A stretch of DNA of 64,000 nt, from assembly GCA_963766075.1 (NCBI GenBank), contig CAVYAN010000021.1, positions 1 through 64,000 on the forward strand. The letters are read 5' to 3'. Shown in pieces: positions 42,917 to 54,147 of the stretch (the first letter of the stretch is position 1; each line of letters starts with the position of its first letter). The translations under genes and the position numbers were made by a program. Below the pieces are notes generated by a model. It did no database searches and was not told where the DNA came from. It was given only the letters and a program-made list of their open reading frames with translations. The stretch is from an uncultured cyanobacterium (GTDB lineage Bacteria; Cyanobacteriota; Cyanobacteriia; Leptolyngbyales; Leptolyngbyaceae).

Positions 42917-44119
42917 TTACTTGCCAAACCCCTGTCCTCGCGTGGCTGAAGGCTTGGCCAAGCAATGTTCTACTTGCGCTCTCAATTGATCGTGATCCAA
43001 GTTTTGGCCAATCAGCACCAATTGATTTTTAGGGGCACCTTTCCATTCATCATCGTCGAGGGAGAAGCGCTTGCCGCTGAGGTGGAAAATGTGCCGTTTC
43101 GGGCTTTCCTGAAACCACAGGATGCCCTTAGCACGGAACACGTTATCCGAGAGCTGATTGTCCAGGAAGTATTGAAATTTTTTGATGTCGAAGGGGCGAT
43201 CGCTCTGGATCGACAATGACGTAAACCCATCCATTTCCAGATGGTTGGCATGATCGTGATCATGGTCATGCTCACAGTGCCCATGATCGTGATCGCAGGC
43301 AGAATGGTCGTGGTCGTCGTGGTGATGGGCTTCATGCCCGTGATCGTGATGCCCATGATCGTGATGCCCATGATCGTGATGCCCATGATCGTGATGGTCA
43401 TGCACCGATTGGCCTACTTCGGGCGCAGCAGGCGCGGGCTTGAAGTATTGGTCAGATTCAAACAAGCCAACACTCAGCAGCATGCCTAAGGGGACCGATC
43501 CTTTGACAGTGCGGAGAATCCGAGAGCCCTGCTTGATGTCGCGAATCCGAACTTCTAGGGCATCAACCTGGGCTTCATCGACTAAATCGGTTTTGTTCAG
43601 CAGGATTATATCGCCATAGGCAATCTGGCTATGGGCGGCTTCACTATTGAACAGATCCAGGCTAAAGTTTTCGCAATCCACCAGGGTGATGATGGAATCC
43701 AGTCGGGTCATGTCGCGCAGCTCGGTACCGAGGAAAGTGAGGGCGACGGGGAGGGGATCAGCGAGTCCGGTGGTTTCGACCACCAGATAGTCCACAGGTT
43801 CTTCCCGCTCCAAGACCTTGTAAACGGCTTCGGCGAGGTCGTTGTTAATGGTGCAACAGATGCAGCCATTGCTCAGCTCTACAATGCCATCCGCATCTCC
43901 GGCGTTGATAATCAGCTCATTATCAATCCCAATTTCGCCAAATTCGTTGACGAGAACGGCAGTTTTTAGTCCTTGTTGGTTGCTCAGAATATAGTTCAGC
44001 AGCGTAGTTTTGCCGCTGCCCAAAAAACCCGTGATGATCGTGACGGGAAGACCGTGTTTGGGAGTTTCCATCGCGGGAACAGAGTCAGCAGTGACAGCAG
44101 CAGTGACGGCAGATTGCAT
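42917..44119 (-). CDS. CobW/COG0523 GTPase metallochaperone with His-rich insert
   Basis: GFLGSGKTT, VNEFG, NGCICC, ETTGLADP and DHGHH repeats. Confidence 0.95.
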   Translation of the reverse strand: MQSAVTAAVTADSVPAMETPKHGLPVTIITGFLGSGKTTLLNYILSNQQGLKTAVLVNEFGEIGIDNELIINAGDADGIVELSNGCICCTINNDLAEAVYKVLEREEPVDYLVVETTGLADPLPVALTFLGTELRDMTRLDSIITLVDCENFSLDLFNSEAAHSQIAYGDIILLNKTDLVDEAQVDALEVRIRDIKQGSRILRTVKGSVPLGMLLSVGLFESDQYFKPAPAAPEVGQSVHDHHDHGHHDHGHHDHGHHDHGHEAHHHDDHDHSACDHDHGHCEHDHDHDHANHLEMDGFTSLSIQSDRPFDIKKFQYFLDNQLSDNVFRAKGILWFQESPKRHIFHLSGKRFSLDDDEWKGAPKNQLVLIGQNLDHDQLRAQVEHCLAKPSATRGQGFGK

Positions 44120-44487
44120 AGGGAAACTGTGGGGGTATCGGCGGTGAGGGTATATCGATTTTACGATGTATCGATTTTAGTGATTGTATCGATCTTACGG
44201 GCAGTGGGAATAGCTCTAGCTTAATCGCTGGGGGCAAAACTGGTGCGGCCGGATTTAACAAAAGATCATGATTGGCAGGATCATGGTTGGCAAATTTGGA
44301 TAGGCTGATGGGGCGAACCGGATTACGGGTTTGGTTACGGGCCGGTTATGGCACAGAGTGGGGAAGGAATCTTTGGTAAGATTTGGAGCGAGATGGCGGC
44401 GGGGTAGCCGTTGCCTGCACCCTGTTTGATGCCATTCGTTTTGATGCCATTTGCTTTGATGCTATTCGCCGTACTTGGTTCACTCCT

Positions 44488-45978
44488 ATGTCCCTGTCCC
44501 TTTACAACACGCTGACTCGCCGCAAGGAACCTTTTGAGCCGATTGAGCCTGGAAAGGTGCGGATGTATGTCTGTGGGATTACGGCTTACAACTATTTCCA
44601 TGTGGGCAATGCGCGGGTGTTTGTGGTGTTCGACGTGGTGCGGCGCTATTTGATGTGGCGGGGATGCCGGGTGCGCTATGTGCAGAATTTTACGGATATT
44701 GATGACAAGATTCTGAAGCGGGCGATCGCTGAAGACACCACGATGGAGGCGATCGCTGAAAAATACATTGCCGCCTATTTTGAAGATGCCGATCGCCTCA
44801 ACATTCTGCGGGCTGATGCCTATCCTCGGGCTACCCATGCGATCGATGGCATTCAACGGCTCATCCATGACCTGGAGCAGCGCGATTATGCCTATGCGGC
44901 TGGAGGCGATGTTTACTATGCTGTGCGGCGCTTTGGCCCCTATGGCAAGCTGTCCGGGCGCAAATTAGAGGACATGGAGGCAGGCGCTAGCGGACGGGTC
45001 GATGCCGACGAAGAGGCTGAGAAAAAGCAGGATCCCTTTGATTTTGCTCTCTGGAAAGCGGCAAAACCGGGGGAACCCAGTTGGCCCTCGCCCTGGGGAC
45101 CGGGACGCCCGGGATGGCACATTGAATGCTCTGCCATGGTGCGGGATATGTTTGGCGAGTCCATTGATATTCATGCGGGCGGTGTGGACTTGACCTTTCC
45201 GCACCACGAGAATGAAATTGCCCAGAGTGAGGCGGTGACGGGGCAATCCCTAGCCCGGTACTGGCTACACAATGGCTTCTTAAATATTGACGGTGAAAAA
45301 ATGTCCAAGTCCTTGGGCAATTTCCGATTGACGCGGGACTTGCTGGAGACCTATGACCCGATGGCGTTTCGGCTATTTATCCTGCAAGCGCAGTACCGCA
45401 AGCCGATTGACTTTACTGTCGAAGCGCTGGATGCAGCCACCAGTGGTTGGCACACCCTGAAGGAGGCGATGCAATTTGGTGATCGCTTCTCGGCCCTGCC
45501 CGGATGGTCAACGGATGCGGTGGCCCTGGATGGGACGATGGGCGATCGCTTTCAGCAAGCTATGGATGATGATTTCAACACGCCGATCGCCCTCTCGGTT
45601 TTATTTGAACTGGCAAAGGACATTCGCCGGGAGGGCAATCAATTGGTTCATCAAGGGCGACCTGATCGGCCTGTGGCCGCTCTGCAGCAGCAATACGTCA
45701 CCTTGGTGGAGTTGGCGCAGGTGCTGGGTTTGGAGGTGAAGCCAGAGCGCGAGTCCACGGGGTCCGCCATGGGATCGAGTGCGGCTATGCCAAATACTTC
45801 GGCTTCAAAGGATACCACTCTAAGTGATGCAGCGATTGAGGCGTTGATTCAGCAACGGCGGGAGGCCCGTAACGCCAAGGATTTTGCTGCAGGCGATCGC
45901 ATTCGCAACGACTTACAGGCCCAAGGTATTACGCTTATTGATCAACCGGGGGGTATCACCCGTTGGCATCGGGGATAG
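44488..45978 (+). CDS. cysS: Cysteine--tRNA ligase
   Basis: [30 protein letters not shown] and KMSKS. Confidence 0.97.
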   Translation: MSLSLYNTLTRRKEPFEPIEPGKVRMYVCGITAYNYFHVGNARVFVVFDVVRRYLMWRGCRVRYVQNFTDIDDKILKRAIAEDTTMEAIAEKYIAAYFEDADRLNILRADAYPRATHAIDGIQRLIHDLEQRDYAYAAGGDVYYAVRRFGPYGKLSGRKLEDMEAGASGRVDADEEAEKKQDPFDFALWKAAKPGEPSWPSPWGPGRPGWHIECSAMVRDMFGESIDIHAGGVDLTFPHHENEIAQSEAVTGQSLARYWLHNGFLNIDGEKMSKSLGNFRLTRDLLETYDPMAFRLFILQAQYRKPIDFTVEALDAATSGWHTLKEAMQFGDRFSALPGWSTDAVALDGTMGDRFQQAMDDDFNTPIALSVLFELAKDIRREGNQLVHQGRPDRPVAALQQQYVTLVELAQVLGLEVKPERESTGSAMGSSAAMPNTSASKDTTLSDAAIEALIQQRREARNAKDFAAGDRIRNDLQAQGITLIDQPGGITRWHRG

Positions 45979-46061
45979 ACCAAAAAGTGCTGAGTTCAGC
46001 GGCATACAACCGCTTCATTCAGACTGCCGCTGCATCAAATTGAGTCTATTGAGAGTCCGGG

Positions 46062-46412
46062 CTACCAACCTTTCTTGGCTTGCTCCAGTACATAGGTAGC
46101 CACATCCTCAATTTGGGACACACTTAAGCGCCCCGCAAAGGCGGGCATAGCATTTTTACCTTTGGTGACTTGGGCTGTAATCGCCGCTAGAGAATTCATT
46201 TCGTACTTTTCTAAAGCGTCTTTTTTCAGCGTTTTATTAGCAATGACGAGATTGTTGCCGCCCAAATGGCAGGCGGAACAGTTGGCGTTAAAAATTTTGG
46301 CTCCGCTGGCAAGATTGGCCGCTGCCGCCGGAGACAGCGGGAAAACCAGCAGTAGAAGTCCCGCCACGAGTAAGATAACCAGGGAGCGCAGGGTAAAAAA
46401 CAGCTTTTTCAA
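46062..46412 (-). CDS. petJ: Cytochrome c6
   Basis: Signal peptide, CSACH and GKNAMPAF. It could be a c6-like paralogue. Confidence 0.9.
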   Translation of the reverse strand: MKKLFFTLRSLVILLVAGLLLLVFPLSPAAAANLASGAKIFNANCSACHLGGNNLVIANKTLKKDALEKYEMNSLAAITAQVTKGKNAMPAFAGRLSVSQIEDVATYVLEQAKKGW

Positions 46413-46618
46413 TGAGATTCTCCTTAATATTTAGCGTTGATATTGTTCAGATAGCACTCTCCAGAATAAACAAATACGGGGATTAAAGGGACTCAGGCGG
46501 CGATTTAAACTGGGGCCACGCCTCAGTTATGGCCCTGTTTGCTATTGCAGGGGCCACAAACAGCCACTGGGCAAAACAGACCATGAGTAGAACGCCCATC
46601 AGTCTATTAGGCAGTTTA

Positions 46619-48283
46619 TTAGTCAGTGAAGTCAGAGCGATCCCAGGTGGGAGTGGGCTGGTGGAAGAGGGTTTGGAGGGCGATCGCCTGTGCGTCAGGC
46701 ATTTGCCCATAGGTAAAAATGACAGGAATTTCAGAGGGCACTTGGGGGCCAAATCGCTCTCGAATGTAGGGACTGCCATAGATGATTAGCGCCTGCAACT
46801 GTTGGGTTTCTAGCAAATGGTCGAGCCAGACCTGGGCGAGATCGGTGATGCTGGCGCTACTACGAAACGGATTGCCCCGAATAAACAGCTGCAGGATAAC
46901 AGCGGTATTTTCAGGATGGGGGCTGGGCTGGGGATGCGGTGTGGCCCCGTCGATGATGTTGAGGACATAGCCCTGGGTGGTGGGTAGGGCGATCGCCGGG
47001 GTGTGCCGTCCCAAAAATTCGCAGTTGACGGCATCGTCAATTAGGATCAGGTTACGTTTGGGGCGATCGCTGGGGGAAGCCCTGAGAGTGAGGCCATGGA
47101 CCTGCATGGCGGTGGACAAGATGGCGTGGGCGGTAGCGATCGCCAGCGGCTGTGCCAAATGGGACACCAACACCTGCGGTTCGATCGTCGGCTGATGGGT
47201 TTCCCAGGCGTGGGTTGCATCCCCAGCAATGGCTGGAGCACAGACCTTTTGCTTGGCGCGCCAAATCCGATCAACGGACGCCTGAATGCGATCCTGGGGA
47301 ATCCGACCCTCCCTTACAGCGGCACACACCGCCTGGATGGTGGCTTCTGGATCGACCGGCATCAGGATGATATCGGCACCGGCTTCCACGGCCAGGACCG
47401 ATGCTTCGGTTGCGCCATAGCGCTGGGTAATAGCTCCCATCACCAAGGCATCGGTGACGATCAGGCCATCAAAACCCAGCGTTTGCCGCAATTGGTGGGT
47501 GAGGAGCCGATCCGAAAGAGTGGCAGGATAGTGGGGATCTAAGTCCGGAATCTGTATATGGGCGGTCATGACAGCATCCACGCCCGCCGCGATCGCCGCT
47601 TGGAAGGGGGGAAATTCCACGGCTTGGAGGCGATCTAGGGAATGGGGCAGGACGGGCAAGGCCAAGTGGGAGTCCACCGCCGTATCCCCATGGCCCGGGA
47701 AATGCTTGGCCGTCATCAATACGGGATAGGCGTGCCCCCCGCGAATAAAGGCCGAGGCCAATTGGCTGACTGCTTCGGCGGTTTCGCCAAAGGCCCGCAC
47801 ATTAATGACGGGATTTGCTGGATTATTGTTGATATCTACTACGGGTGCAAATACCCAATTCAGTCCGATGGCCTGAGCTTCCTGGGCGGTTACGGCTCCC
47901 ATCTGCTCGGCATAGGCGATCGCCTGAGCCGGATCCTGGTGGGCGATCGCGCCCAAAGCCATGGGGGGCGGAAACCAGGTGGCCCCCGCAAATCGCTGTC
48001 CTACGCCTTCCTCCACATCTGCCGCCATCAGCAAGGGCACCCCGGCCCACTCTTGAATCTGCTGGGTGCGGAGCCGCAACTCTCCGGCGCTGCCTCCCAA
48101 GAAGATCACGCCTCCCACTCCCAGTTCCTGGATCCAGCGGCGCAGGGTACGGGTCGGTGGTTCCCACTGGGGATAACGAATCTGGTGGTCAAATAAAAAT
48201 CCGGAGGCCCGCACCATCACCATTTGGGCGACTTGTTGTTCGAGGGACAGGGAGTCAATGGAGGGGAGAAAAAACATGCCCAT
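46619..48283 (-). CDS. nagZ: GH3 beta-N-acetylhexosaminidase/beta-glucosidase
   Basis: ADVEEGVG, APVVDIN, AKHFPGHGDTAVDSH and TDALVMGA. Confidence 0.88.
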   Translation of the reverse strand: MGMFFLPSIDSLSLEQQVAQMVMVRASGFLFDHQIRYPQWEPPTRTLRRWIQELGVGGVIFLGGSAGELRLRTQQIQEWAGVPLLMAADVEEGVGQRFAGATWFPPPMALGAIAHQDPAQAIAYAEQMGAVTAQEAQAIGLNWVFAPVVDINNNPANPVINVRAFGETAEAVSQLASAFIRGGHAYPVLMTAKHFPGHGDTAVDSHLALPVLPHSLDRLQAVEFPPFQAAIAAGVDAVMTAHIQIPDLDPHYPATLSDRLLTHQLRQTLGFDGLIVTDALVMGAITQRYGATEASVLAVEAGADIILMPVDPEATIQAVCAAVREGRIPQDRIQASVDRIWRAKQKVCAPAIAGDATHAWETHQPTIEPQVLVSHLAQPLAIATAHAILSTAMQVHGLTLRASPSDRPKRNLILIDDAVNCEFLGRHTPAIALPTTQGYVLNIIDGATPHPQPSPHPENTAVILQLFIRGNPFRSSASITDLAQVWLDHLLETQQLQALIIYGSPYIRERFGPQVPSEIPVIFTYGQMPDAQAIALQTLFHQPTPTWDRSDFTD

Positions 48284-48354
48284 TTTGGATTTTGGCCCAT
48301 TTTGAATTTTGGCCCATTTTGGATTTTGGTAGTTCTACGGCGATGTGCTAAGAA

Positions 48355-48765
48355 TTAGCTCTCCTCTGTGACGGCGTCATCTAGGCTGGGATCGCTGTCT
48401 AGATCGGGCTTGCGTTCTTGGCTAATCCGGTTGATCAGGGAGAGGATGCGATCGCCCCGTTCCAAAGAGGTATCTTCCAGAAATACGACTTCTGGGGTTC
48501 GCCGGAGGCGAATTCGTCGTCCTAACTCACCACGAACAAAGCTGGTGGCAGACTGCAGGCCCGCCATCGATTCGGCTTTGTCTTCCTCGGTGCCATAGAT
48601 GCTGACAAAAATCTTGGCGTGCTGCAAGTCTCCGGCCACTTGCACATCCGTCACGCTGACCATGCCCATGCCCACGCGATCGTCTTTAATTTCGGAAAGT
48701 AGCATTTTGCTCACTTCCCGCCGAATTGATTCGGCCACCCGTGCCACCCGCCGATCCGTAGCCAT
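48355..48765 (-). CDS. rbfA: 30S ribosome-binding factor A
   Basis: RRVARVAE...IKDDRV...[10 protein letters not shown]...RLRRTPE. Confidence 0.97.
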   Translation of the reverse strand: MATDRRVARVAESIRREVSKMLLSEIKDDRVGMGMVSVTDVQVAGDLQHAKIFVSIYGTEEDKAESMAGLQSATSFVRGELGRRIRLRRTPEVVFLEDTSLERGDRILSLINRISQERKPDLDSDPSLDDAVTEES

Positions 48766-48833
48766 AGTTCAGTTCCTCGATTCAGATTTTTTAGCAGTCA
48801 GTGAGCAGGAGCAGTTAGAGAGCAGGGTCGCGT

Positions 48834-49037
48834 CTAGGCTGGGCTGAGTCCCAACATTGCTTTCAGAGTTAGGCCCACAAATACGAGGCTCCCCACGAAG
48901 AGGCCGACGAGGGCGATCGCGGTTATTGGATTTTTCAAGAGTGGGGCGAGGGGTTTCAGTGCGTTCAGAAACACACCCAGGATCACTCCGGTCACAAAAA
49001 TCGGATATTTAGAAACAGTATTCCAAAAATTTTGCAT
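48834..49037 (-). CDS. DUF751 family protein
   Basis: FWNTVSKYP...LKAMLGL, upstream of rbfA as is usual in cyanobacteria. Confidence 0.9.
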   Translation of the reverse strand: MQNFWNTVSKYPIFVTGVILGVFLNALKPLAPLLKNPITAIALVGLFVGSLVFVGLTLKAMLGLSPA

Positions 49038-49227
49038 GGCTCAGGTTTAAGACTGGTTTTATGTCGGCTGGTTTACGCTCATTTTACCTGCATTGTTCCT
49101 CTCTCCCGATCTTAAGGAACTTCTATCAGCAATGCCAAATTCAAATGCTGAGTCTGCTAGTGTGATCTCTTTGTTCTGTGGGAGTTCGGTAGGCTGTGGA
49201 GCATCGAGCCATCGAGCCATCGAACCT

Positions 49228-49300
49228 TGGGGGACTTCCCCCCAAACCCCCGCTTTTTGGGGGCCTAACTCCCCCAAACCCCCTGAAAGGGGTTAAGGGG
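49228..49300. repeat. Cyanobacterial REP-like palindromes (TTGGGGGACTTCCCCCAAACCCCC, two copies)
   Basis: Seen directly. Confidence 0.6.
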
Positions 49301-49579
49301 TGGGGTGGGAGGCTGGGGTTCATGATATCTGGGGATGGGATCGGGTATCTGTTGCACTCTTTGGTCAGATACATCTGCTCTATGTTCGCCAAGGCTTTCT
49401 ACGATGGTTTGAATATGGATTGGCTTTCAGGCTCTATGGGTTGGCGCAGCATATGGGTGCTGTTGGCTAGGGCTGATAATCGCCCGGGGTCTGGGCGAAG
49501 ATAGGGGTCTGGGTAGGGACACGGTTTAGAATGAGGAGCTGCTTCTGTTCCGAATTCTGGGTGATATCCCAATTTTGCT

Positions 49580-51343
49580 ATGCCCTCGAAAATGTTGGTT
49601 TCTACTGTTCAGGGGCCGTGGCGATCGCAGGCCTGGAGGAATGTGGCGATCGCGGGTGGCAGTGGTGTGTTGATGAGTCTTTCCACGGCACCGCTGAATG
49701 GGTTTCCCTTGGCGTGGGTGGCTTTGGCTCCTCTGTGGATTTTGATTCAACCGGTCGAATCTCGCTTCGGGGAATTTCTGCCGGGGGAACCTCGCCCGGT
49801 GGAATTTCCGCGTTGGTGGATTTTGCCCTTGGTATGGGGGATCGCCTACCACGGGTTGGCTCTGTTTTGGATTACGGGACTGCATCCGCTGACGTGGATG
49901 GGCATTCCCTGGTTGGGGAGCGTGGCTATTGTTCTATTTGCCTGGGGCTTTATTACGCTGTGGGGTGCGGTGTTGGTGTGGCTGTGGGCCTGGGGATTGC
50001 GCTGGCTGGCGCGGGGACTGCGCCAGCGTTGCGGGCTGCTGCTGGCGGCCACAGCCCTGTGGTGTGGACTGGAATGGCTGTGGAGTTTGGGTCCCCTGTA
50101 TTGGACCTCGCTTTCCTATACCCAGAGTCCCGGCAATGTCATGATTTTACATTTGGGACAAATTTCGGGTCCGTTGACTGTGACGGCAGCGATTGTGGCG
50201 GTAAATGGGGGACTCGCGCTGGGGTGGATGCAAATGAGAGCCTCCCGGTCCGAAACGGCCAAATCCGAAGTGTCTAACCTCGAAACAGCCAAAACCAAAG
50301 CAGCCAGACCTGAAGTAGCTAGACCCGAAACGGGCAGGCGATCGGGGGCCAATGGATTTGGGGTTAGAGAGGCCATGGCGCAGTATGGTCTGCCGATGAT
50401 GCTGTGTTTGGGTTTGCATGGCGTGGGTTGGGGGTTGTATAGTCGCCCGCTGGCTATAGCGCCGGAAACAGCATTGAAGGTCGGCATTATTCAGGGCAAT
50501 GTGCCGACACGAATTAAGTTGTCGCTGGAGGGCATGCAACGGGCGATCGCCGGCTATACCCAAGGGTACGAAACTCTGGCCGATCAGCAGGTGGCGGCGG
50601 TGTTGACACCTGAGGGCGCATTGCCGATTTTGTGGGGCGATCGCACCCGGCAAACCGCTTTGTATCAGGCCGTGCTGCAACGTCACATTCCGCTGTGGCT
50701 GGGCACCTTTGTACCGATTCGGGACCAAAATGGCATGGAACACTACACCCAAAGCTTGCTGACGCTGACGGCAGAGGGGCAAGTGTATAGCCGCTTCAAT
50801 AAAATCAAACTCGTCCCCCTGGGAGAATATCTTCCGCTGCGGGGACTTTTGGCAGGTCTGATTGGTCGCCTATCGCCGATGCGATTGGATATGCAACCGG
50901 GTCGCCCCGACCAAACCTTTGACACCCCCTTTGGACGGGCGATTGTCTCTATTTGCTATGAGTCGGCCTTTCCCGCCCAGTTTCGCCATCAAGCCGCTGC
51001 TGGGGGCGAATTCATCATGACCGCCTCGAATTTGGATCCCTACAGTGAAGTGCTCATGGCCCAGCACCAAGCCCAGGATTTGATGCGGGCGATTGAAACC
51101 GATCGCTGGGCCGTTCGGGCTACCAATACAGGCTATTCCGGGTTAATTGATCCCCATGGGCGCGTGGTGTGGCGATCGTCGCCACGGACCTACCAGGCCC
51201 AGGCTGTCACCTTGCATCGTCGCCAAACGCAAACGCTCTACGTCCGCTGGGGCAACTGGCTGACTCCGTTGCTGATCCTGAGCAGCAGCGGATTTTGGTT
51301 ATTTCGCCAGGGACAGAGGTCCCAAAGGGAGAGGGTGCGGTAG
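49580..51343 (+). CDS. lnt: Apolipoprotein N-acyltransferase
   Basis: QGNV, TPEGA, KIKLVPLGEY, ICYES and RATNTGYSG. Confidence 0.95.
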   Translation: MPSKMLVSTVQGPWRSQAWRNVAIAGGSGVLMSLSTAPLNGFPLAWVALAPLWILIQPVESRFGEFLPGEPRPVEFPRWWILPLVWGIAYHGLALFWITGLHPLTWMGIPWLGSVAIVLFAWGFITLWGAVLVWLWAWGLRWLARGLRQRCGLLLAATALWCGLEWLWSLGPLYWTSLSYTQSPGNVMILHLGQISGPLTVTAAIVAVNGGLALGWMQMRASRSETAKSEVSNLETAKTKAARPEVARPETGRRSGANGFGVREAMAQYGLPMMLCLGLHGVGWGLYSRPLAIAPETALKVGIIQGNVPTRIKLSLEGMQRAIAGYTQGYETLADQQVAAVLTPEGALPILWGDRTRQTALYQAVLQRHIPLWLGTFVPIRDQNGMEHYTQSLLTLTAEGQVYSRFNKIKLVPLGEYLPLRGLLAGLIGRLSPMRLDMQPGRPDQTFDTPFGRAIVSICYESAFPAQFRHQAAAGGEFIMTASNLDPYSEVLMAQHQAQDLMRAIETDRWAVRATNTGYSGLIDPHGRVVWRSSPRTYQAQAVTLHRRQTQTLYVRWGNWLTPLLILSSSGFWLFRQGQRSQRERVR

Positions 51344-51393
51344 GATCAAGGGTGGACTGCGTTCTGTTTATCATTTATTGGCGGTAGAGATTC

Positions 51394-51720
51394 ATGACGA
51401 CAACACCATCAGCCGTTTTTCAGGCCATGGCAACATCGCCGACTATTGCGCCTGCTCGGTCCAGCCAAACCACACGGAACCCCTATCCCAACTACAAAAT
51501 CATTGTGCTGAACGATGATGTGAACACCTTTCAGCACGTTGTCGAAACCTTGGTACAGTACATCCCCGGCATGACACCGGACTATGCCTGGGAATTGGCG
51601 AACGAAATTCATAACCAGGGACTGGCTACCGTTTGGGTCGGCCCGCTAGAGCAAGCCGAGCTCTATCACATGCAGCTAGGGCGGGCCGGACTGACGATGG
51701 CTCCTTTGGAAGCAGCCTAG
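51394..51720 (+). CDS. clpS: Clp protease adaptor ClpS
   Basis: YKIIVLNDDVNTFQHV...EQAELYH. Confidence 0.93.
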   Translation: MTTTPSAVFQAMATSPTIAPARSSQTTRNPYPNYKIIVLNDDVNTFQHVVETLVQYIPGMTPDYAWELANEIHNQGLATVWVGPLEQAELYHMQLGRAGLTMAPLEAA

Positions 51721-51794
51721 AGCGCGAAGACAGGATTAGAAGTCAGAGGGCGTCCATGGGCGCGACGCATGCTATCACAGCTATTCCGGTTCGA

Positions 51795-52004
51795 TCACTT
51801 ACCGCCGGTGACGAGTTGCCAAAGGGTTTGGGGAATTTGCTGAAGAAATTGCCCCGGACCAATGCCAAAAACGAGCTGGAGGATCAGGACGATCGCCCCA
51901 ATCGTGAGGGCAGTGGTGATAGTGGTTTTCAGAACCTTTAACAGTGCGATCAGCACCAGCACTGTGATAATGACCGCCGCAACTATGGCAACAATATTAG
52001 TCAT
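51795..52004 (-). CDS. Small two-TM hypothetical protein
   Basis: Two hydrophobic helices followed by FGIGP. Confidence 0.7.
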   Translation of the reverse strand: MTNIVAIVAAVIITVLVLIALLKVLKTTITTALTIGAIVLILQLVFGIGPGQFLQQIPQTLWQLVTGGK

Positions 52005-52187
52005 ATGTAAGATAATAATTAGTCATGGAAGCAGATGCGTCATAGAAGGTGGGGATTCCGGCCTATGGGCCTGTAAGCATCTGGGGAGGGCAGTCGAGGC
52101 GGAAACCCGCTGGGGCGCGATTGGGTGTCTGAAGATTGGCGGTGTGCTGGGGATGCCCAGAGATCCATTCACGCACAATTGGCCCGA

Positions 52188-53378
52188 TTACGGAACGGCA
52201 ACCATACCGTTGGGCAATTTCTGCGCGAGGGCTAGCACCTCCTGCCGCGACCACTGATCAGCGGCGATGATATCTTCCAGGGTGGGAGTGGCGGAGTTTT
52301 GGGTGGTGTAGCGATCGCACACCTGCTCAATGAGACGCGGAATATCGAGGAAGGCAATCTGTTCCTCCAGGAATAGGGCGACCGCCTGCTCATTGGCCGC
52401 ATTCAGCACGGCGGGCATACAGCCCCCCGCTCGTCCCGCCGCATAGGCCAACTGCATGCAAGGGTATTTATGATGGTCCGGTTCTCGGAAGGTCAGACTG
52501 CCCACCTTGACCAAATCCAGGGGTTCCCAATTCGTATAAATCCGTTCTGGATAGGAAAGGGCATAGAGCAGGGGCAACCGCATATCCGCCCAGCCCAACT
52601 GGGCGAGGACCGACGTGTCCTGCAACTCAATCATCGAGTGAATAATGCTTTGAGGGTGAATCACAATATCGATCTGGTTATAATCGACCCCAAATAAATA
52701 ATGGGCTTCGATCACCTCTAGCCCTTTGTTCATTAGCGTGGCGGAGTCAATGGTAATTTTCCGCCCCATGGACCAGTTGGGATGCTTCAGGGCATCTGCC
52801 ACGGTGACCTGCGACAGCTTTTCCACGGGCAAATCGCGGAAAGAGCCGCCCGATGCCGTCAGCAAAATCCGCCGCAACCCTTTGTCGGGCACACCCTGTA
52901 AGCATTGGAAAATGGCAGAATGTTCGGAATCGGCGGGGAGCAGCTTGACGCCATGCTTCTGGACGAGGGGCAACACGACAGGCCCCCCCGCAATTAGAGT
53001 TTCTTTATTGGCCAGGGCAATATCTTTGCCAGCGGTAATGGCAGCGATCGTGGGTAAAAGTCCAGCACAGCCGACGATCCCAGTGACGACGACTTCGGCT
53101 TCACTCCAACGGGCAACCTCGATAATGCCGGTGTCCCCCGCCAGCAAGATGGGTTGCGGGTTCAGATCGGCAAGATTTTCCTGGAGTTCTGCGAGTTTTT
53201 CGGGGTTATGGATGGCGGCGATCGCCGGACGAAACTGCCGAATTTGCTCCGCTAACATCGTCACGTTATTGCCCGCCGCCAGACCCACAATCCGAAATTG
53301 ATCAGGGTACTGGGCCGCAATGTCTAGGGTTTGCGTACCAATCGAGCCAGTCGAGCCAAGAAGGGAGATTGCTTTCAC
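52188..53378 (-). CDS. dxr: 1-deoxy-D-xylulose-5-phosphate reductoisomerase
   Basis: [21 protein letters not shown] and [23 protein letters not shown]. Confidence 0.97.
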   Translation of the reverse strand: MKAISLLGSTGSIGTQTLDIAAQYPDQFRIVGLAAGNNVTMLAEQIRQFRPAIAAIHNPEKLAELQENLADLNPQPILLAGDTGIIEVARWSEAEVVVTGIVGCAGLLPTIAAITAGKDIALANKETLIAGGPVVLPLVQKHGVKLLPADSEHSAIFQCLQGVPDKGLRRILLTASGGSFRDLPVEKLSQVTVADALKHPNWSMGRKITIDSATLMNKGLEVIEAHYLFGVDYNQIDIVIHPQSIIHSMIELQDTSVLAQLGWADMRLPLLYALSYPERIYTNWEPLDLVKVGSLTFREPDHHKYPCMQLAYAAGRAGGCMPAVLNAANEQAVALFLEEQIAFLDIPRLIEQVCDRYTTQNSATPTLEDIIAADQWSRQEVLALAQKLPNGMVAVP

Positions 53379-53481
53379 GTCCGCACCGCCAAGTCACATC
53401 TCCCTTATCTTACGATTGGACGGCACAAAGCTTAAGGAACTCTAAAATTTAGGGTAACGCGAACCGGGCGACCCAGAATTT

Positions 53482-53757
53482 CTAGGTGGTCACAATTTCC
53501 TTGATCACACGGTCATCCTGAACAACGCCGAGGCTACGCCCTTTCTTGCTTTCTTCCTGGGCAATGCCATAGAGGGCAAGCCCCGTGCGCAGGACATCGG
53601 CCATATTCTTACCCGATTCGTCTGCTAATTTTTGCAGGAGTTCGTAAGCCTCCGGGGTCAGATCCAAGTTCAGCCGCTTTCTTTTGGACACGCTCTTGGA
53701 TGCTTCCGGAGATGTTTCCGGAGATGGTGCGTTTGCCGTTTCTTTTGCCGTCGCCAT
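53482..53757 (-). CDS. CopG/ribbon-helix-helix DNA-binding protein
   Basis: RKRLNLDLTPEAYELLQKLADESGKNMADVLRTGLALY. Confidence 0.82.
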   Translation of the reverse strand: MATAKETANAPSPETSPEASKSVSKRKRLNLDLTPEAYELLQKLADESGKNMADVLRTGLALYGIAQEESKKGRSLGVVQDDRVIKEIVTT

Positions 53758-53810
53758 ACAAAAAGATCCTTCCATAAATGAGAGACAGTACACTCCTCAG
53801 CCTTAACATT

Positions 53811-53843
53811 GTAAATCAAACATAATTTTTATGTTTGATTTAC
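53811..53843. promoter_or_regulatory. Perfect 15-bp inverted repeat, candidate operator
   Basis: GTAAATCAAACATAA-TTT-TTATGTTTGATTTAC upstream of the RHH gene. Confidence 0.6.
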
Positions 53844-54147
53844 CCCTGCATTTACATAAGATTTATACAGGAATCGTCAGTTAAGAGCTGGATTGTACTG
53901 TCTCAGTATGCCCAAAGTTGTTGACTCTGAACGCTTTTGTTGATCATATTCCCAATGGCCCATGTAGCAAGAGTTAGGCGTCTAAAATAGTCATTGAAGC
54001 CACCAATTCAATGTATCCACTCCTCATTTCCTCCTCTCTGCCATCCCCTTCTCTTCCTCCCTGGCATCCCCTTTCTAGACAAACCCTATTTTTCCAAATC
54101 CAATGTCCAAATCCCATTTACCATGAGTACACCCTTGTCTGGAATGC

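Noticed and set aside
43255..43405. CATGATCGTGATGCC tandem repeats
   Set aside because: They encode the ordinary His-rich insert of the COG0523 protein.
44120..44230. Zur or NtcA box upstream of cobW
   Set aside because: Only TATCGAT repeats are present. There is no TGATAATnATTATCA, and the GTA...TAC spacing is 7 rather than 8.
53900..54147. Glycine riboswitch upstream of gcvT (also checked before gcvP)
   Set aside because: No tandem GGAGA...CCGAAG...CTCAGG aptamer pattern is visible.
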